Source: Squalus acanthias (taxonomy: Eukaryota). Taken from it: 64,000 nt of DNA. Below, in pieces: positions 51,555 through 64,000 of the stretch. The notes below the pieces were generated by a model. The model saw only the letters and a list, made by a program, of their open reading frames with translations. It was not told the origin of the DNA and searched no databases. Within the stretch, counting starts at the first letter, position 1. Each line of letters starts with the position of its first letter. The position numbers were made by a program, and so were the translations under genes. The stretch spans positions 151,902,001 to 151,966,000 of the forward strand of contig CM059432.1 in NCBI GenBank assembly GCA_030390025.1. Direction: 5' to 3'.

Positions 51555-52125
51555 TGCTTTTGCGGAACACCTCTGTTCAGTCCGCAAGCGTGACCCCGAG
51601 CTTCCGGTTGCCTGTAACTTTAATTTTTGCTCCACTCCCACTCTGACCACTCTGTCCTCGGCCTCTTGCACTGCTCCAATGACGCTCAAAGTAAGCTCGA
51701 GGAACAGCATCTCATCTTTCAATTAGACACTTTACAGCCTTCTGGGCTCAACATTGAGTTCAGCAATTTCAGACCATAACCTCTACCCCCATCTTTTCGG
51801 ATGGCAGCTGTTGATGATTCTGCTATTCCCATTTACACCTCTTCTAGACCCATCTTTTGTTTCTTTACTTGTCCCATTACCATCTCCTTTCACCTTGTAC
51901 AATCATACCTTTTGTCATTTAATCTTTACTGCCTTCCACCCTTTCACAGACCTTCCCTTTTGTTCTTTCCTCCCCTCCTCCCTTTCCCTGCCTCTGCACT
52001 TGCTTAAAACCTGTTATATCTCTAACTTTTCCAGTTCTGACAAAAGGTCATCGACCTGAAATGTTAACTCTGTTTCTCCATAGATGCTGCCTGACTGCTG
52101 AGTATTTCCAGCTCTTTCTGTCAAT
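51555..52125 (+). mobile_element. Penelope-like element 3' fragment (GIY-YIG C-terminal part)
   Basis: FAEHLCSVRKRDPELPVA.. and KLEEQHLIF..LQPSGLNIEF, ending in an ACCTGAAATGTTAACTCTG…CTGCTGAGTATTTCCAGC terminal repeat. Confidence 0.75.
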
Positions 52126-52408
52126 CTTAGCAGTTCTTCGGCTTATTCAAAACATATTGGGGGGGGACAATTTCCATGGAGGTTCTCCCAATCTGCTACC
52201 ATAACTTCAGCATAAGATTATGAAAACCCTGGAAAAATGGCATGAGCAGTCCTTTTATTAGCAATACGCAATATTTTGCTGGGTGGTCCCAATTTTCTGT
52301 TGAAGTTGCAGCGGTAGATCAAGAGAAATCTCACAGAAATTTCAGGTGATTTGTCTAAATCCACTAGAGCTGCATCAGGCTAAAATGTTTTTTAAACTGT
52401 TCATTGTT

Positions 52409-52850
52409 AAAAGAAAGACTTGCATTTATATAGTATCTTTCACGACCTCAGGCGGTCCAAAAGCATTTTACAGCCAACAGAGTGCAGTTGAAGTGCAGTC
52501 ACAGCAGTCAATTTGCACACAGCAAGGTCCTGCAAACAGCAGTGAAATAATTGGCAAGATAATCTGTTTTTTAGTGATGTTGTTTGAGGGATAAATGTTG
52601 GCCAGGACACTGGGAGAACTCCTCTGCTATTTGCATAGCGCCATGGGATCTTTTCCGTCCACCTGAGCAGGCAGACGGGACCTCGGTTTAATGTCTCATC
52701 CGAAAGATGGCACCTCCAACAGTGCAGTTCTCCATTAGTACTGCACTGAAGTGCCAGCCTAGATTATGTGCTCAAGTCTCTGGCGTGGGACTTGAACCCA
52801 TGACGTTCTGACTCATTGATAAGAGTGCTACCATTGAGCCAAGGCTGATC
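52409..52850 (-). mobile_element. DeuSINE (SacSINE1-like), near full length
   Basis: Reverse complement of the SINE family at 8478-8905. A more decayed copy lies at ~53340-53680. Confidence 0.8.
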
Positions 52851-54107
52851 CTTAAACTCTGGCAAAGCATATGCAGTGGCCATGTCGTAAGGCAGTGTGA
52901 AATATGTATAGGGATATTTGCAAGAAGAGTATTGTACAGTGGGTTAAATACTGTCATCTTACCTCTGGGAGATGGCTTAAATCAAGCCCAGACTGATGAT
53001 GATAAATCTTGTCTACCTGCTGATTGTAAAGGTAACTATGTGAAATGAGTTTGGGTACTCTCAATCCAGTTCCTACTAAACAAAGGCCAGCGCACAAAAC
53101 TGCCCCTAATTTGGCACCAACTGACAATGTCATTCAGACAGGTCTAAGGACAGTTGGTGCAAGAAATGGAAAACATGTCGCATTGGTGTAGTTGTGAGTG
53201 CTGAGGCACGTTGTTGGATAGAGAAGAGGGAGCTTTACTCTGCATCTAGCTGAGCTATATCTGTCAGCTTGATGTTCACACTCATGCCTAAAATGGAAAC
53301 TGTCTGCAAAGCAGCTAAACAGAGCAGTGGGAACAAAGAAAGATCTTGTATTTGTAGAGCACTTTACATATCCTCAGGACATCCCACAGTGCTCTATTGC
53401 AGGGAAATCTTTTTAAAGTGTAGTCACTGTTTTGATTGCAAATGCAGCAATCAATTTGCACATAGCAAGGTCTCCTAAACACTAAATGAGATAAATCACC
53501 AGGTAGTTTGTTTTGGTGACGTTTGAGCAATGAAGGTTGTGCAGGGCACTCTAAGAACTTCCTGCTGTACTTGATATAGTGGCGTGAACAGGCAGATAGG
53601 GCTTCGGTTCACTGTCTTACCCAAAAGACGGCATCTGTGACTGTTCAGTAGTGCCTTAACACTGCACTGAAATGTCAGACACCAGTGAGAAACAAATGTT
53701 TAGGAAATATTGAGGACCTAGGAAATTTAAAAAACATCTTTAGCCCATCTGATGTCTTCATTCAGGTGAGCTTTTAACATCTCCAACTTAGTGACAATAA
53801 TTTGCATTTGTAGTTTATGGAGACTCTTCTGCAAATGGCAACTTGGGAGTGTTATTCTGCTAGAAATCGGTTAAAATGAGTTTAATGTGAAAATTGTTGA
53901 TGGCCATAGTACCAAAATTTTGACTTCTAGTGTCAGTTAAGGAATACTGCTTTTCAAACAAAAGGATATTTAAATGAGTGATAGTGAGAGATATCTGTGA
54001 AACTGGAGAAACACTGCACCATTTATCTTTTTGAAGTTGTAGGTATGATAATGGGTGGAATAATTTTTTCCTCTTGACATCACTTTATGCACTTTTTTTT
54101 CTTTTAG

Positions 54108-54251
54108 GCAGCTCAAGCAGTTTTGATATGCTTGTTTCAACTCAACACCCCAGAGTTCAGCATGCTACTTGGAGCTCTACCCAAAACGTTTCAGGATGGA
54201 GCCACCAAACTTCTTCAAACCCACCTTCGTAGTTTAGGCAGCACTACCCAG
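54108..54251 (+). CDS. CLASP2: CLASP2 coding exon (end of TOG3)
   Basis: 144 nt, ttttAG/GTattt. Encodes AAQAVLICLFQLNTPEFSMLLGALPKTFQDGATKLLQTHLRSLGSTTQ. Confidence 0.97.
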
Positions 54252-54861
54252 GTATTTTATATGCCATTTACAATAATAGATAACGCAGTGAGTTACTGGG
54301 CAGTTGAACACTAGAGCATCAGGATAATCATGAACTGCAAGAACAAAACTTGAACAAGCCTAGCTCATATGATCATCTAAACTGCAAATTTAGCACACTT
54401 GTTTCCAACTGCCTGTTTTATACAGATCATTTGTTTAACTTTGATTTAATTAAAGCAGGTAGTTAATGTAGTTCAACCATCTCATTTGAGATAGACTTGC
54501 CATGTGATTTATTTTTGACCTCAGCACATGACAGGTATTTATGCTCAGGTTTATAGGATGTTACAACATAGCTGTTGCAGGAAACATTCTATCTTTACCC
54601 TGTAGTAACCAAAGATGGCTTGTGGATCTGGTTATATCTTGAGATATTCCAGCAGCCAGACAAAACAGCTTTCCTGCAGCATCTTTGCTTTATTGAATTG
54701 GTTTTCATTTTTCTTCCTATAAACTGTTGAGCTCAACATAAACATCTTGCAAAATTAAGATAAACACTCCTCGTGGCCAAATTCCTGCAGTGTATAGATT
54801 TGAGCATCTTTCCAATTATGCGATCATGCGAAGACCAGTGGATGCACAAAACAAACATAAT

Positions 54862-55715
54862 GGGCTGGATTTTACTTACCGAGACGAGTTGGGGGCAGGA
54901 CTGCTGCCTTCCGGGTTCAAGTCCCGCCTCCAGCGACGTCTGACGAACTGACGCTATTTTGCTCTGATTGGCCTTGTTAAGCCCGCCCTGCGGGCTTGCG
55001 GCCAATTGAGGGAAAGCCAGTGTCAGATGACGTCAGTTGATGACGCTTCATCTGCCGGTTTTCTTAAAGGCATATGCACCACACTTGTTTGACAGATGAT
55101 TTGACAGTGTTTGACAGCATTGAGGTGCTGTCAAACACTGACAATCACTGTCCAAAGGTGAGCCCTTGCTCCTAGGCTCTCCAATTACTCTCTCCTTAGG
55201 ATAAAACAGATGGCAGCTGCAGCTGAGATTGCAGAAGCCATCTGTCACTTCTCCCGATGAGATGAGGCTACACAAACACTTCACAGCTTGTCACCTGCAG
55301 AAACATCTAATCACAATAAAAATGACTTTCACAACATTTCCTTACCTCTGATACTAACCAGTGTCCCATTGCATCCTTCACACCACTTCTGCAACTGTCA
55401 TCCAAATACCAACATAACGACAGACCCACAGCACGCCTCACTTACCCTGGTGGGGTTCCCCGACGTCGGGAAGCCCGCAGCAGCAGTGGAAAAATTGGGA
55501 AAAGCCTCTTAACTGCCTGTTAACTACCTGTTAACAGACAGTTAAGTGGCTATAATCCTCTTCCCGCCGCTAGGAGTCTGGTCCCTGCGCAAATCGGGGA
55601 CCCGACTCCTGGGAAGATTGTATGGAGGCGGGTTGGGAGCGGGTTCGGGACCCGCTCCCATTCTTTTTGACTTTCCCAGCAGTCCCGCCTCCTCAGGGCT
55701 GGTAAAATCCAACAC
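54862..55715. mobile_element. PIF/Harbinger-type MITE
   Basis: Ends GGGCTGGATTTTAC…GTAAAATCCAACAC with TSD AAT. Same TIR type as 21769-22491. Confidence 0.8.
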
Positions 55716-56229
55716 AATGACTGTGTGACTGTGTTGCTGTGTTCTAATTTCTCTACATTGAGCTGTATCTGCCCCCAATCTGTCCATCCTGCTGGCCTAT
55801 CGATGTCCTTCTGCAGTCTTTGAAGTCCTTGTTGCAATTTTCCAATGTCATTCCCTCAAGATCATTTATGTATACAGTAAAAGCACTCCAACACAGACCC
55901 ATGTGAAATATCACTCATCACGTTGTTCCTGTTTAAGACACATCCTGCCCTTTGTTTCTGTCTCTATCTATCTAGCCATATTCCCTTTAATTCCATGTGC
56001 TGTTATCTTTATCATAAGTCTCTTATGTCGTACCTTATCAAATGCATTTTGAAAAGCCATGTAAACCACAAAAAGGCACTTATGAAATACTAGGATCTGA
56101 ACCGAAGTGGCAATACTCATGACTTCTCTCCAGGACACAGAATTTAAAAAAAAACTTCCTGTGTTGTGTAATGGCCAAGTGGAAGTCTCCTTTAGATGCA
56201 CAGTGGTCAGCTAGACTCCTGGACACACG

Positions 56230-56750
56230 GAAGCTCAGCGTAAGCTCGAGGAACAGCACCTCATCTTTCGTTTAGGCATGCTACAGCCCTCTGGACTCAA
56301 CATAGAGTTCAACAATTTCAGATCATAACCACGGCCCCTATCACATATATATCTATATAAAATATATATATATATTTTATTTTTTCATCCACCCTTTTGT
56401 TTGGCCCCTTTTTTTTCTTCCCTCCCTGAAGCTGGCAGCTGTCCTTCATTCCGCCAGCGCATTTCACACTTCATCTAGCCTCAACCTGTCACATTACCAC
56501 CTCCTCTCGCCTTAAATATCTCTTAATGTCTCTCAATGTCTCTTAATCTCTCCTGCCTTCTATACTACCACTGACCTTCCCCTTTGTTCTTTCATCCCCT
56601 CACCCTTTTCCCAGCATTATACTTGCTTTAAATCTATTTCATTTCCTGCTTTTTTCCAGTTCTGACGAAGGGTCTTCGACCTGAAACGTTAACTCTGTTT
56701 CTCTCTCCACGGATGCTGCCTGGCCTGCTGAGTTTTTCCAGCGTTTTCTG
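56230..56750 (+). mobile_element. Penelope-like 3' fragment
   Basis: RKLEEQHLIFRLGMLQPSGLNIEFNNFRS, with the same terminal sequence as 51555-52125. Confidence 0.72.
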
Positions 56751-57097
56751 TTGTTACTCCTGGACACACTGTCCAGATGATAAATTGGCATATCTCTATC
56801 CTGAACAGCTACTTTTTGGGTTGTATGTTTCTTTATATGATACCGATCAAGGATGGGTGACATTCTCACAACTTTTGGGATATGACAGCAGCAGGTGTAT
56901 AACCTGCTTCTGTCATGGGGGGCGGGGGGGAAGGAACTTCCTCTATGTGCGCACAACTGAAAATTGATTTCACTGCTCTAAGCTCAGAGAATTAACCCCC
57001 CCCCCCCCCCAGCCGAATTTGGGGAATCCGTTGTGGAATGTTAGCGATATTCTGGATCTGTTGTCTCAAAACACAGGCATCTGATGATACTGCCCTC

Positions 57098-57354
57098 TAA
57101 CTATCTGAAAACTAGGCTGTTTTCCAATAGAACCTCCCTGTGCAGTTGTGCTTGAATGTGGACTAATGTCACTGCTGGAAAGTAGAGGTGGTGAGGTAGC
57201 TGCTTGCTTCTGGCTTCCTGTCAGTGAAAGCCCTGTAAGACCTAGTAAGTGGGACATTAACTATCTGAAAACTAGGCTGTTTTCCAATAGAACCTCCCTG
57301 TGCAGCTGTGCTTGAATGTGGACTAATGTCACTGCTGGAAAGTAGTGGGACATT
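57098..57354. repeat. Local 88-bp direct duplication
   Basis: 57098-57185 and 57258-57345 differ by one substitution. Confidence 0.9.
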
Positions 57355-59679
57355 GCCCCTGAAAGGGCTGAATGTTGGTCTGAAGCACATTTAGTTTCAA
57401 TTTGAAATAACATTGAGAGGGTTTTAGTTGAAATTATTCTGGGAGGTTATATTCCAGGAGTGCCCTACATTTTTTTATGCCTTTTTTGAGGCCCCAGAGT
57501 CAACACTGCAACAGTGGTTGCCAGGCCATCACAGTTGTCCAGGAAATGATATGGGTCAATAGCTCTGACCTCCGGGCTTCCCCGTCCTGCCATGGCTTAA
57601 CTTCCCCTGCCCCCCCCAAATCCTGATCTCCGGCCTCCCTCCCCCTCCTGCGATGGTCCCTCTTCCCAAGCACCCCCTGCCCCAAGCTCTGATTTCCGGC
57701 CTTCACCTCTCCTGCGATGACTTCTCTTTCCCCATCTTCCCCCCCCCCCCCCCCGCCCACCAAAGCCCCGATCTCTGGCCTTCCTCCCCCTCCTGCGATG
57801 GTCCCTCTTCCAAAACACCCACCCCAAGCCCCGATCTCCAGCCTTCCCTCCTCCTGATTGCTGGGGACCGTCCCCAAGGGTCCCCGGCTGCCGTCTCCTG
57901 CTGCTGGTTTTCTTGCCCGGCAGCTGGCCAGCCTGTAAATTTGATCGGCTGCCAGGTGGGAAATGGAAGAAAAAAATTATAATGAGGTTCTGCCATTAAA
58001 TTCGGCAGGACTTCCGTGTCCCAGGCCTCCACGCGTTCCCAGCCTATATTGCCCACCCCCGCATATTCCCTGCCACCCCGTAAATATCGGGGCCATTGTC
58101 TCAAAGTACAGCTATAGAGAGGAGGATCATGTACGATGTTAAGTTGCAAGTTGTGTGCCCCTCCTTTTGAGTCTGCCAAGGAATTCTTTACAGTAATTTA
58201 TTATTATATGGCTTTTGTGCTATTTTCAGAAAGGATAGTTACAATTTGACATTCATTTTGTTGTAATTTGTCTGCCTGAAAAGCTATGGTGATTGCACAC
58301 TTAAAGCTTAATCTTTCCTGAATGATGAGAAAGACCACAAAACAAATTTATTTTCTCATCCAAAAGTGAAGAAAAATGACTGTAGAAGCACACTTTTTAA
58401 CAGAGGACACATTTAAACATTTTCTTGTTACTCATTCATAAATATAAAAGACTTACCAATGAATTCCTAGGAGCAACAAGCACTCAGTCACACTGGCGCC
58501 ACTTGCTATTTTTATCGAAAGAAGGTGGACCCTCCCATCTCTTATGCAACCCAGCATTGCTTTGCAGTAACCTGTTTGATATTTCTTCTATGGGAACGTC
58601 TAGTTTAAGGACATACCACAAGGACCCTTGCTCAAATTTTCACACCATTATTTGAATTTTTCTTTAAAACAATTCTTTCATCTTTTTTCTAATCTTACCA
58701 TTTATTTTGTTTGTTATAACATATTTCTTTTATATTAATTCATATATTCAACATTTAATTGTATACTTTTAGCATCAGAATTCCATATCTTGCAAGATTT
58801 TTCATTTATCGTAATCTGCTATTGGTGTACCCTTTGTATGCTGCTTTCTTTCTGGGTCTTCTTTCCTCCTTTCTATGATTTCCATCTTGTAGATAACGCC
58901 CGTTAAGAAGCTCCTTTGTCACAGCTGAGCAAAGGACTCTGGCCCCATTCAGAAAAAGCCATAGCTTCAAGGTGCTAATTGCATCAGGGCAAAAAACACA
59001 TCATTCAGGATTACTGCTATCATCATAATTCTCATTGGATGAAATTACTTTCACTGTCTTCCTCGGAGAGGTCAGAAATGGAGGAGTCAGCACACTGCCG
59101 GGCCTCTTCTCAGCACATCTTAGTCACACACCAGATGTGGAAAATGGTTGTTGGAATCATTCAGGACATATAAACATTCATTTTGTCAGTGCCACAATGT
59201 TACTTCTGCATTTTAGCATCCCATTATTAAGCTAACACCATTACATTTCACTCTCAGTAGAAAATATAGTCTTTATATTTTACTTCTGGCAGAAAATACA
59301 GCCCATTGCAATTTACAATCAGTGGGCGGAAAAACACAGCCACTACATTCTACTCCGAACAGAAAATATAGCTGTAACTCCAGTGGTATTTTCGCTTTTA
59401 AAATTAAAACAGCTAAAGAGTGCAGCAACAATTATGCCATTTGAAAGTGATCGGGACAAGTCAGCCACAAATAATGCATTAAACTTAAATGTTTTGTTTA
59501 TGGGACTGGGGGCAGGCAGGGCGAAACATGTGTTTCATTCATGTCATTAGGAATAGTTGCACAATTTACTTATGTATTGAAGCATCTTCACCCTCACCCC
59601 CCACTTCCCCAACATGATCCTTAATTATTTGAATACTATCAGTATTAAATCTTGGTATTGGAACCAAGAACCAAGAGAT

Positions 59680-62637
59680 TGCACCACACTTTCAGGCAGT
59701 GCATTCCAGATCTTAACAACTCGCTACATATTTTTTTCCTCTGATTCTTTTGCCAATTACCTTAAATGTGTGTCTTCTGCCACTGGAAAAGGTTTCTCCT
59801 TATTTACTCTATCAAAGTCCTCCCTCTAATCCTCTATCAAATTTTCCCTTTAACCTACTCTGCTCTAAGGAGAAAAACCACAGTTTCTCAAGTCTCTCCA
59901 CGTAACTGAAGTCTTTCATCCCTGGTACCATTCTGGTAAATTTCTTCTGCACCCTCTCTGAGGCCTTGACATCCTTCCTAAAATGTGGTGCCCAGAATTG
60001 GTCACAATACTCCAGCTGGGGCCTAACCAGTGTTTTATAAAGATTTAGCATAACTTCTTTGCTTTTGTACTCTCTGCCTTTATTTATAAAGCCAATGATC
60101 CCATTTGCCTTTTTAACAGCCTTCTCATCTTGTCCTGCCACCTTCAAAGACTTGTGTACGTAAACCAACGTTCGCTTTAAGCGGCCGCATAGCGCACCAG
60201 GGAACCCGTGCAGCCGGCTTTTCAATGTAAACACCACACATGCGTGGTATTTTGAATGTCCCGCAAAGCCCCTTAAAGGGGTCCAGCGGCAGCAAAAAAA
60301 AAACTAGAGGGAGCATTGACGTACACGCCCAGGTCCCTCTGTTCCTGCATCTCCTTTAAAATTGTACCATTTAGTTTATACTGCCTCTCCTCATTTTTCC
60401 GACCAAAATGAATCACTTCACACTTCTCTGCATTGAATTTCATCTGCCATGTGTCTGCCCATTTCACCAGTCTGTGTCCTCCTGGAGTATGTTACTATCC
60501 TCCTCACTGTTTACTACATTTCCGAGTTTCAAAACAACAAGGTGGGTTTCTGGCAGGACTTGATGAAGGTTATGTAATATTCAGAGTATGTAATGAAACA
60601 GTATCTGTTTCATACATAATATAATGAATAACCTAGTCTGTACCTCTTCCAAAGTTTTCTCCCACAGAAAAAATGAATTCTGAAAGCACAGCAATAGTCA
60701 TTATGCTTGTTTTGTGCATCCACTGGTCTTCCCTTGATCGCATACTTGGATAGATGCTGCAGGAATTTGGCCACGAGGTGTGGGTATCTTAATTTTGCAA
60801 GATGTTTATGTTGAGCTCAGTAGTTTACAGGAAAATATTTGAAAACCAATTCAATAAAACAAAGATGCTGCAGGAAAGCTGTTTTGTCTGCCTGCTGGAT
60901 TATCCGCCTAGAGTCTATTACTATCCCTCCTCACTGTTTACTACATTTCTGAGTTTCAAGTCATCTGCAAACTTTGAAATTATTCTTTGTATACCCAAGT
61001 CCAGGTCATTAATATATATCAAAGGAGCAGTGGTCCCAGCATTAGCCCCTGGGGGATATGACACACTTCCTCCAATCTGAAAAACAACCACTCACCACAA
61101 CTCTTTGCTTTCTGTTCCTTAGACAATTATATCTCCACACAGCCACTGTCCCTTTAATCCCTTGGGATTCAGTTTTGCTAACAAGTCTATTATGTGGTAC
61201 TTCTATCAAACTTCTTTTGAAAGTCCGTACACACAGCATCAACCGCACTACCGTCATCAACCTTTTGCGTTACTTCATCAAAGAACTCGATGAAATTTAG
61301 TGAAACCTGATTTGCCTTTAACAAATCCGTGCTGGCTTTCATTTATTAGCCCATATATTTTCCAAATGACAATTAATTTTGTCATGGATTATTGTCTCTA
61401 AATGTTTCCCCACCACCACCTGTTAGGCTGACCGGCCTGTAATTTCCGGGATTAACCCTCTTTTTTGATCAAGGGTGTAACATTTGCAATTCTCCAGTCC
61501 TCTGGCACCACTCCCATATCTAAGGAGGATTGGAAGATTGTGGTCAGAGCCATCGCAATTTCCATCCTTGCTTCCCTCAGCAACCGAGGATGCTTCCCAT
61601 CCAGACTGGGTGACTTTTCTACTTTGAGCACTGACAACCTTTTAAGTACCTCCTCTTTATCTATATTTATTCTATCTAATTTCTCTACTATTTCCTCCTT
61701 TACTGTGACATTGGCAGCATCCTCTTCTTTAGTGAAGATAGATGCAAAGTACTCATTTAGTACCTCAGTCATGCCCTCCACCTCCACAAGATCATCTCCT
61801 TTTTGATCCCTAATCAGTCACACCCTTCCTTTGACTACCCTTTTACTTTTTATATGTTTATAATAGACTTTTTGGGTTCCCTTTTATGTTGTCCGCTAAT
61901 CTATTCTTATACTCTCTGCCCCTCTTATTTCCTTTTTCAGTTGTCCTCTGTACTTTCTGTATTCAGCTTGGTTCTCTGAATTCACTCTACTGAATTATGA
62001 ACCTGACATTATCATAAGCCTCCTTTTTCTGTTTCATTTTAATCTGTATATCTTTAGTCATACAGGGAGCTCTAGCTTTGGATGCCTTTCCTTTCTCCCT
62101 TGTGGGAATGTGTTTAGTCTGTACCCAAACTATCTCATTTTTGAAGGTCTCCCATTGCTAATTTACCATTTTCATAGAATAGTACAGCACAGAAGGAGGC
62201 CATTCGGCCCATCGATTCTGCGCCGTCTCTTTCGAAGAGCAATCCAGTTAGTCCCACTTCTTTCCCCATATCCCCGCAAATTTTTCTCCTTCAAGTATTT
62301 ATCCAATTCCCTTTTGAAGGCTATTTTACATTTTACCTTCCAAAAATTTGATTCCAATTCATCTGGGCCAGATTTCTTTTCAACTCACTGAAATTAGCCC
62401 TCCTCCAGTTGAGCAGTTTCACATTTAATTTTCCTTGTCCTTTTCCATAACTACGCGAAACCTAATATTGTGATCACTGTTCCCCAAATGCTTCCCCACT
62501 GAAACGTGCTCCACTTGCCCTACTTCATTCCCCAGAACTAGATCCAGCACCGTTTCCTTCTTTGTTGACCTAGCAGCAAAAGTTATCTTTGCCCTTTTCA
62601 CTGACATTTTCCGAGTCTATATTAGGATAATTGAAGT
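59680..62637 (-). mobile_element. Degraded CR1 ORF2 with several nested insertions
   Basis: Minus-strand remnants LDLVLGNE, LNEYFASIF, DWRIANVTP, KCEVIHFG and LVRPQLEYC. Confidence 0.85.
60166..60318. mobile_element. hAT-type MITE inside the CR1
   Basis: Imperfect TIRs CAACGTTCGCTTTA…TAGAGGGAGCATTG with an 8-bp TSD ACGTAAAC/ACGTACAC. The host CR1 frame (RDLGVYV-HKSLK) is restored when it is removed. Confidence 0.8.
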
Positions 62638-64000
62638 CATAGAGTTATACAGCACAGAAAGAGGCCCTTCGGCCCATCGTGTCCGCACCAGCCATCAAAC
62701 CCTGTCTATTCTAATCCCATTTTCCAGCACTTGGTCCGTAGCCTTGTATGCTATGGCGTTTCAAGTGCTCATCTAAATGCTTCTTGAATGTTGTGAGGGT
62801 TCCTGCCTCTACCACCCTTTCAGGCAGTGAGTTCCAGATTCCAACCACCCTCTGGGTGAAAAAGTTTTTCCTCAAATCCCCTCTAAACCTCCTGCCCCTT
62901 ACCTTGAAACTATGCCCCCTGGTTATTGACCCCTCTACTAAGGGGAAAAGTTCCTTTCTATATCTATGCCCCTCATAATTTTGTACACCTCAATCAGGTC
63001 CCCCCTCAGCCTTCTCTGCTCTGAGGAAAACAACCCCAGCCTGTCCAGTCTCTCTTCATAGCTGAAGCGCTCCAGCCCAGGTAACATCTTGGTGAATCTC
63101 CTCTGCAGCCTCTCCAATGCAATCACATCCCTCCTAAAGTGTGGTGACCAGAACTGCACACAGTATTCCAGCTGTGGCCTAACTAGCGTTTTGTACAGCT
63201 CCATCATAACCTCCCTGCTCTTATATTCTATGCCTCGGCTAATGAAGGCAAGTATCCCATATGCCTTTTTAACCACCTTATCTACCTGTCCTGCTGCCTT
63301 CAGGGATCTATGTACATGCACACCAAGGTCCCTCTCATCCTCTGTCCTTCTTAGGATCCTACCATTCATTGTGTATTCCCTTGCCTTGTTTGTCCTCCCA
63401 AAATGCATCACCTCACACTTTTCAGGGTTAAATTCCATTTGCCACTGTTCTGCCCATCTAACCATCCCGTCTATATCGTCCTGTAGCCTGAGGCTTCCCT
63501 CCTCGCTATTTGCCACTCCACCAATTTTCGTGTCATCTGCGAACTTACTGATCATACCTCCTACATTCATATCTAAATCATTAACATACACTACAAACAG
63601 CAAAGGACCCAGCACCGATCCCTGCGGTACACCACTGGACACAGGCTTCCAGTCACAAAAACAACCTTCGACCATCACCCTCTGCCTCCTGCCACTAAGC
63701 CAATTTTGGATCCAATGTGCCAAATTGCCCTGGATCCCATGGGCTCTTACCTTCATGACCAGTCTCCCATGTGGGACTTTGTCAAAAGCCTTACTGAAGT
63801 CCATGTAGACGACATCAACTGCACTACCCTCATCCACACACCTAGTTACCCCCTCGAAAAATTCAATCAAATTGGTCAGACATGATCGCCCCCTGACAAA
63901 GCCATGCTGACTATCCCTGATTAATCCCTGCCTCTCCAAGTGGAGACTAATTCTGTCCCTCAGAATTTTTTCCAATAATTTCCCTACCACTGATGTTAGG
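62638..64000 (-). mobile_element. Young CR1 LINE 3' part (continues beyond the window)
   Basis: 350-aa open RT frame at 62938-63990 with [23 protein letters not shown] and FADD. Confidence 0.93.

Noticed and set aside
54252..64000. Next CLASP2 exon after …GSTTQ
   Set aside because: No recognisable match found. The strong acceptor near 58892 gives no CLASP-like frame, so the exon is presumably beyond the window.

Overview
Eukaryotic genomic DNA, most likely from a cartilaginous fish (inferred from the repeat repertoire: CR1 LINEs with esterase ORF1, DeuSINE/SacSINE1-like SINEs, Penelope-like fragments). The window holds an internal part of the CLASP2 gene on the + strand. There are six conventional coding exons spanning the end of the Ser/Arg-rich linker and the TOG3 domain, plus two microexons that the ORF track misses: 24 nt (LLGDIRSK, 5333-5356) and 3 nt (AGA = Arg, 18773-18775). 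Both carry neural-microexon-type splicing motifs. The introns are mostly transposon debris: CR1/L2 LINEs (one nearly intact ORF2), SINEs, Penelope pieces and several MITE families. Notable intronic items are a degraded antisense endogenous retrovirus-like element with a tRNA-Asn primer-binding site (about 20442-26171), a near-perfect 125-bp hairpin (15862-16133) and an inverted duplicate that preserves the empty site of a MITE insertion. The TOG3 tubulin-binding Trp appears replaced by Phe. No prokaryotic-type system (CRISPR, operon) is present, and most short ORFs in the track are spurious or antisense to TEs. All homology calls are from recognition, not from database searches.
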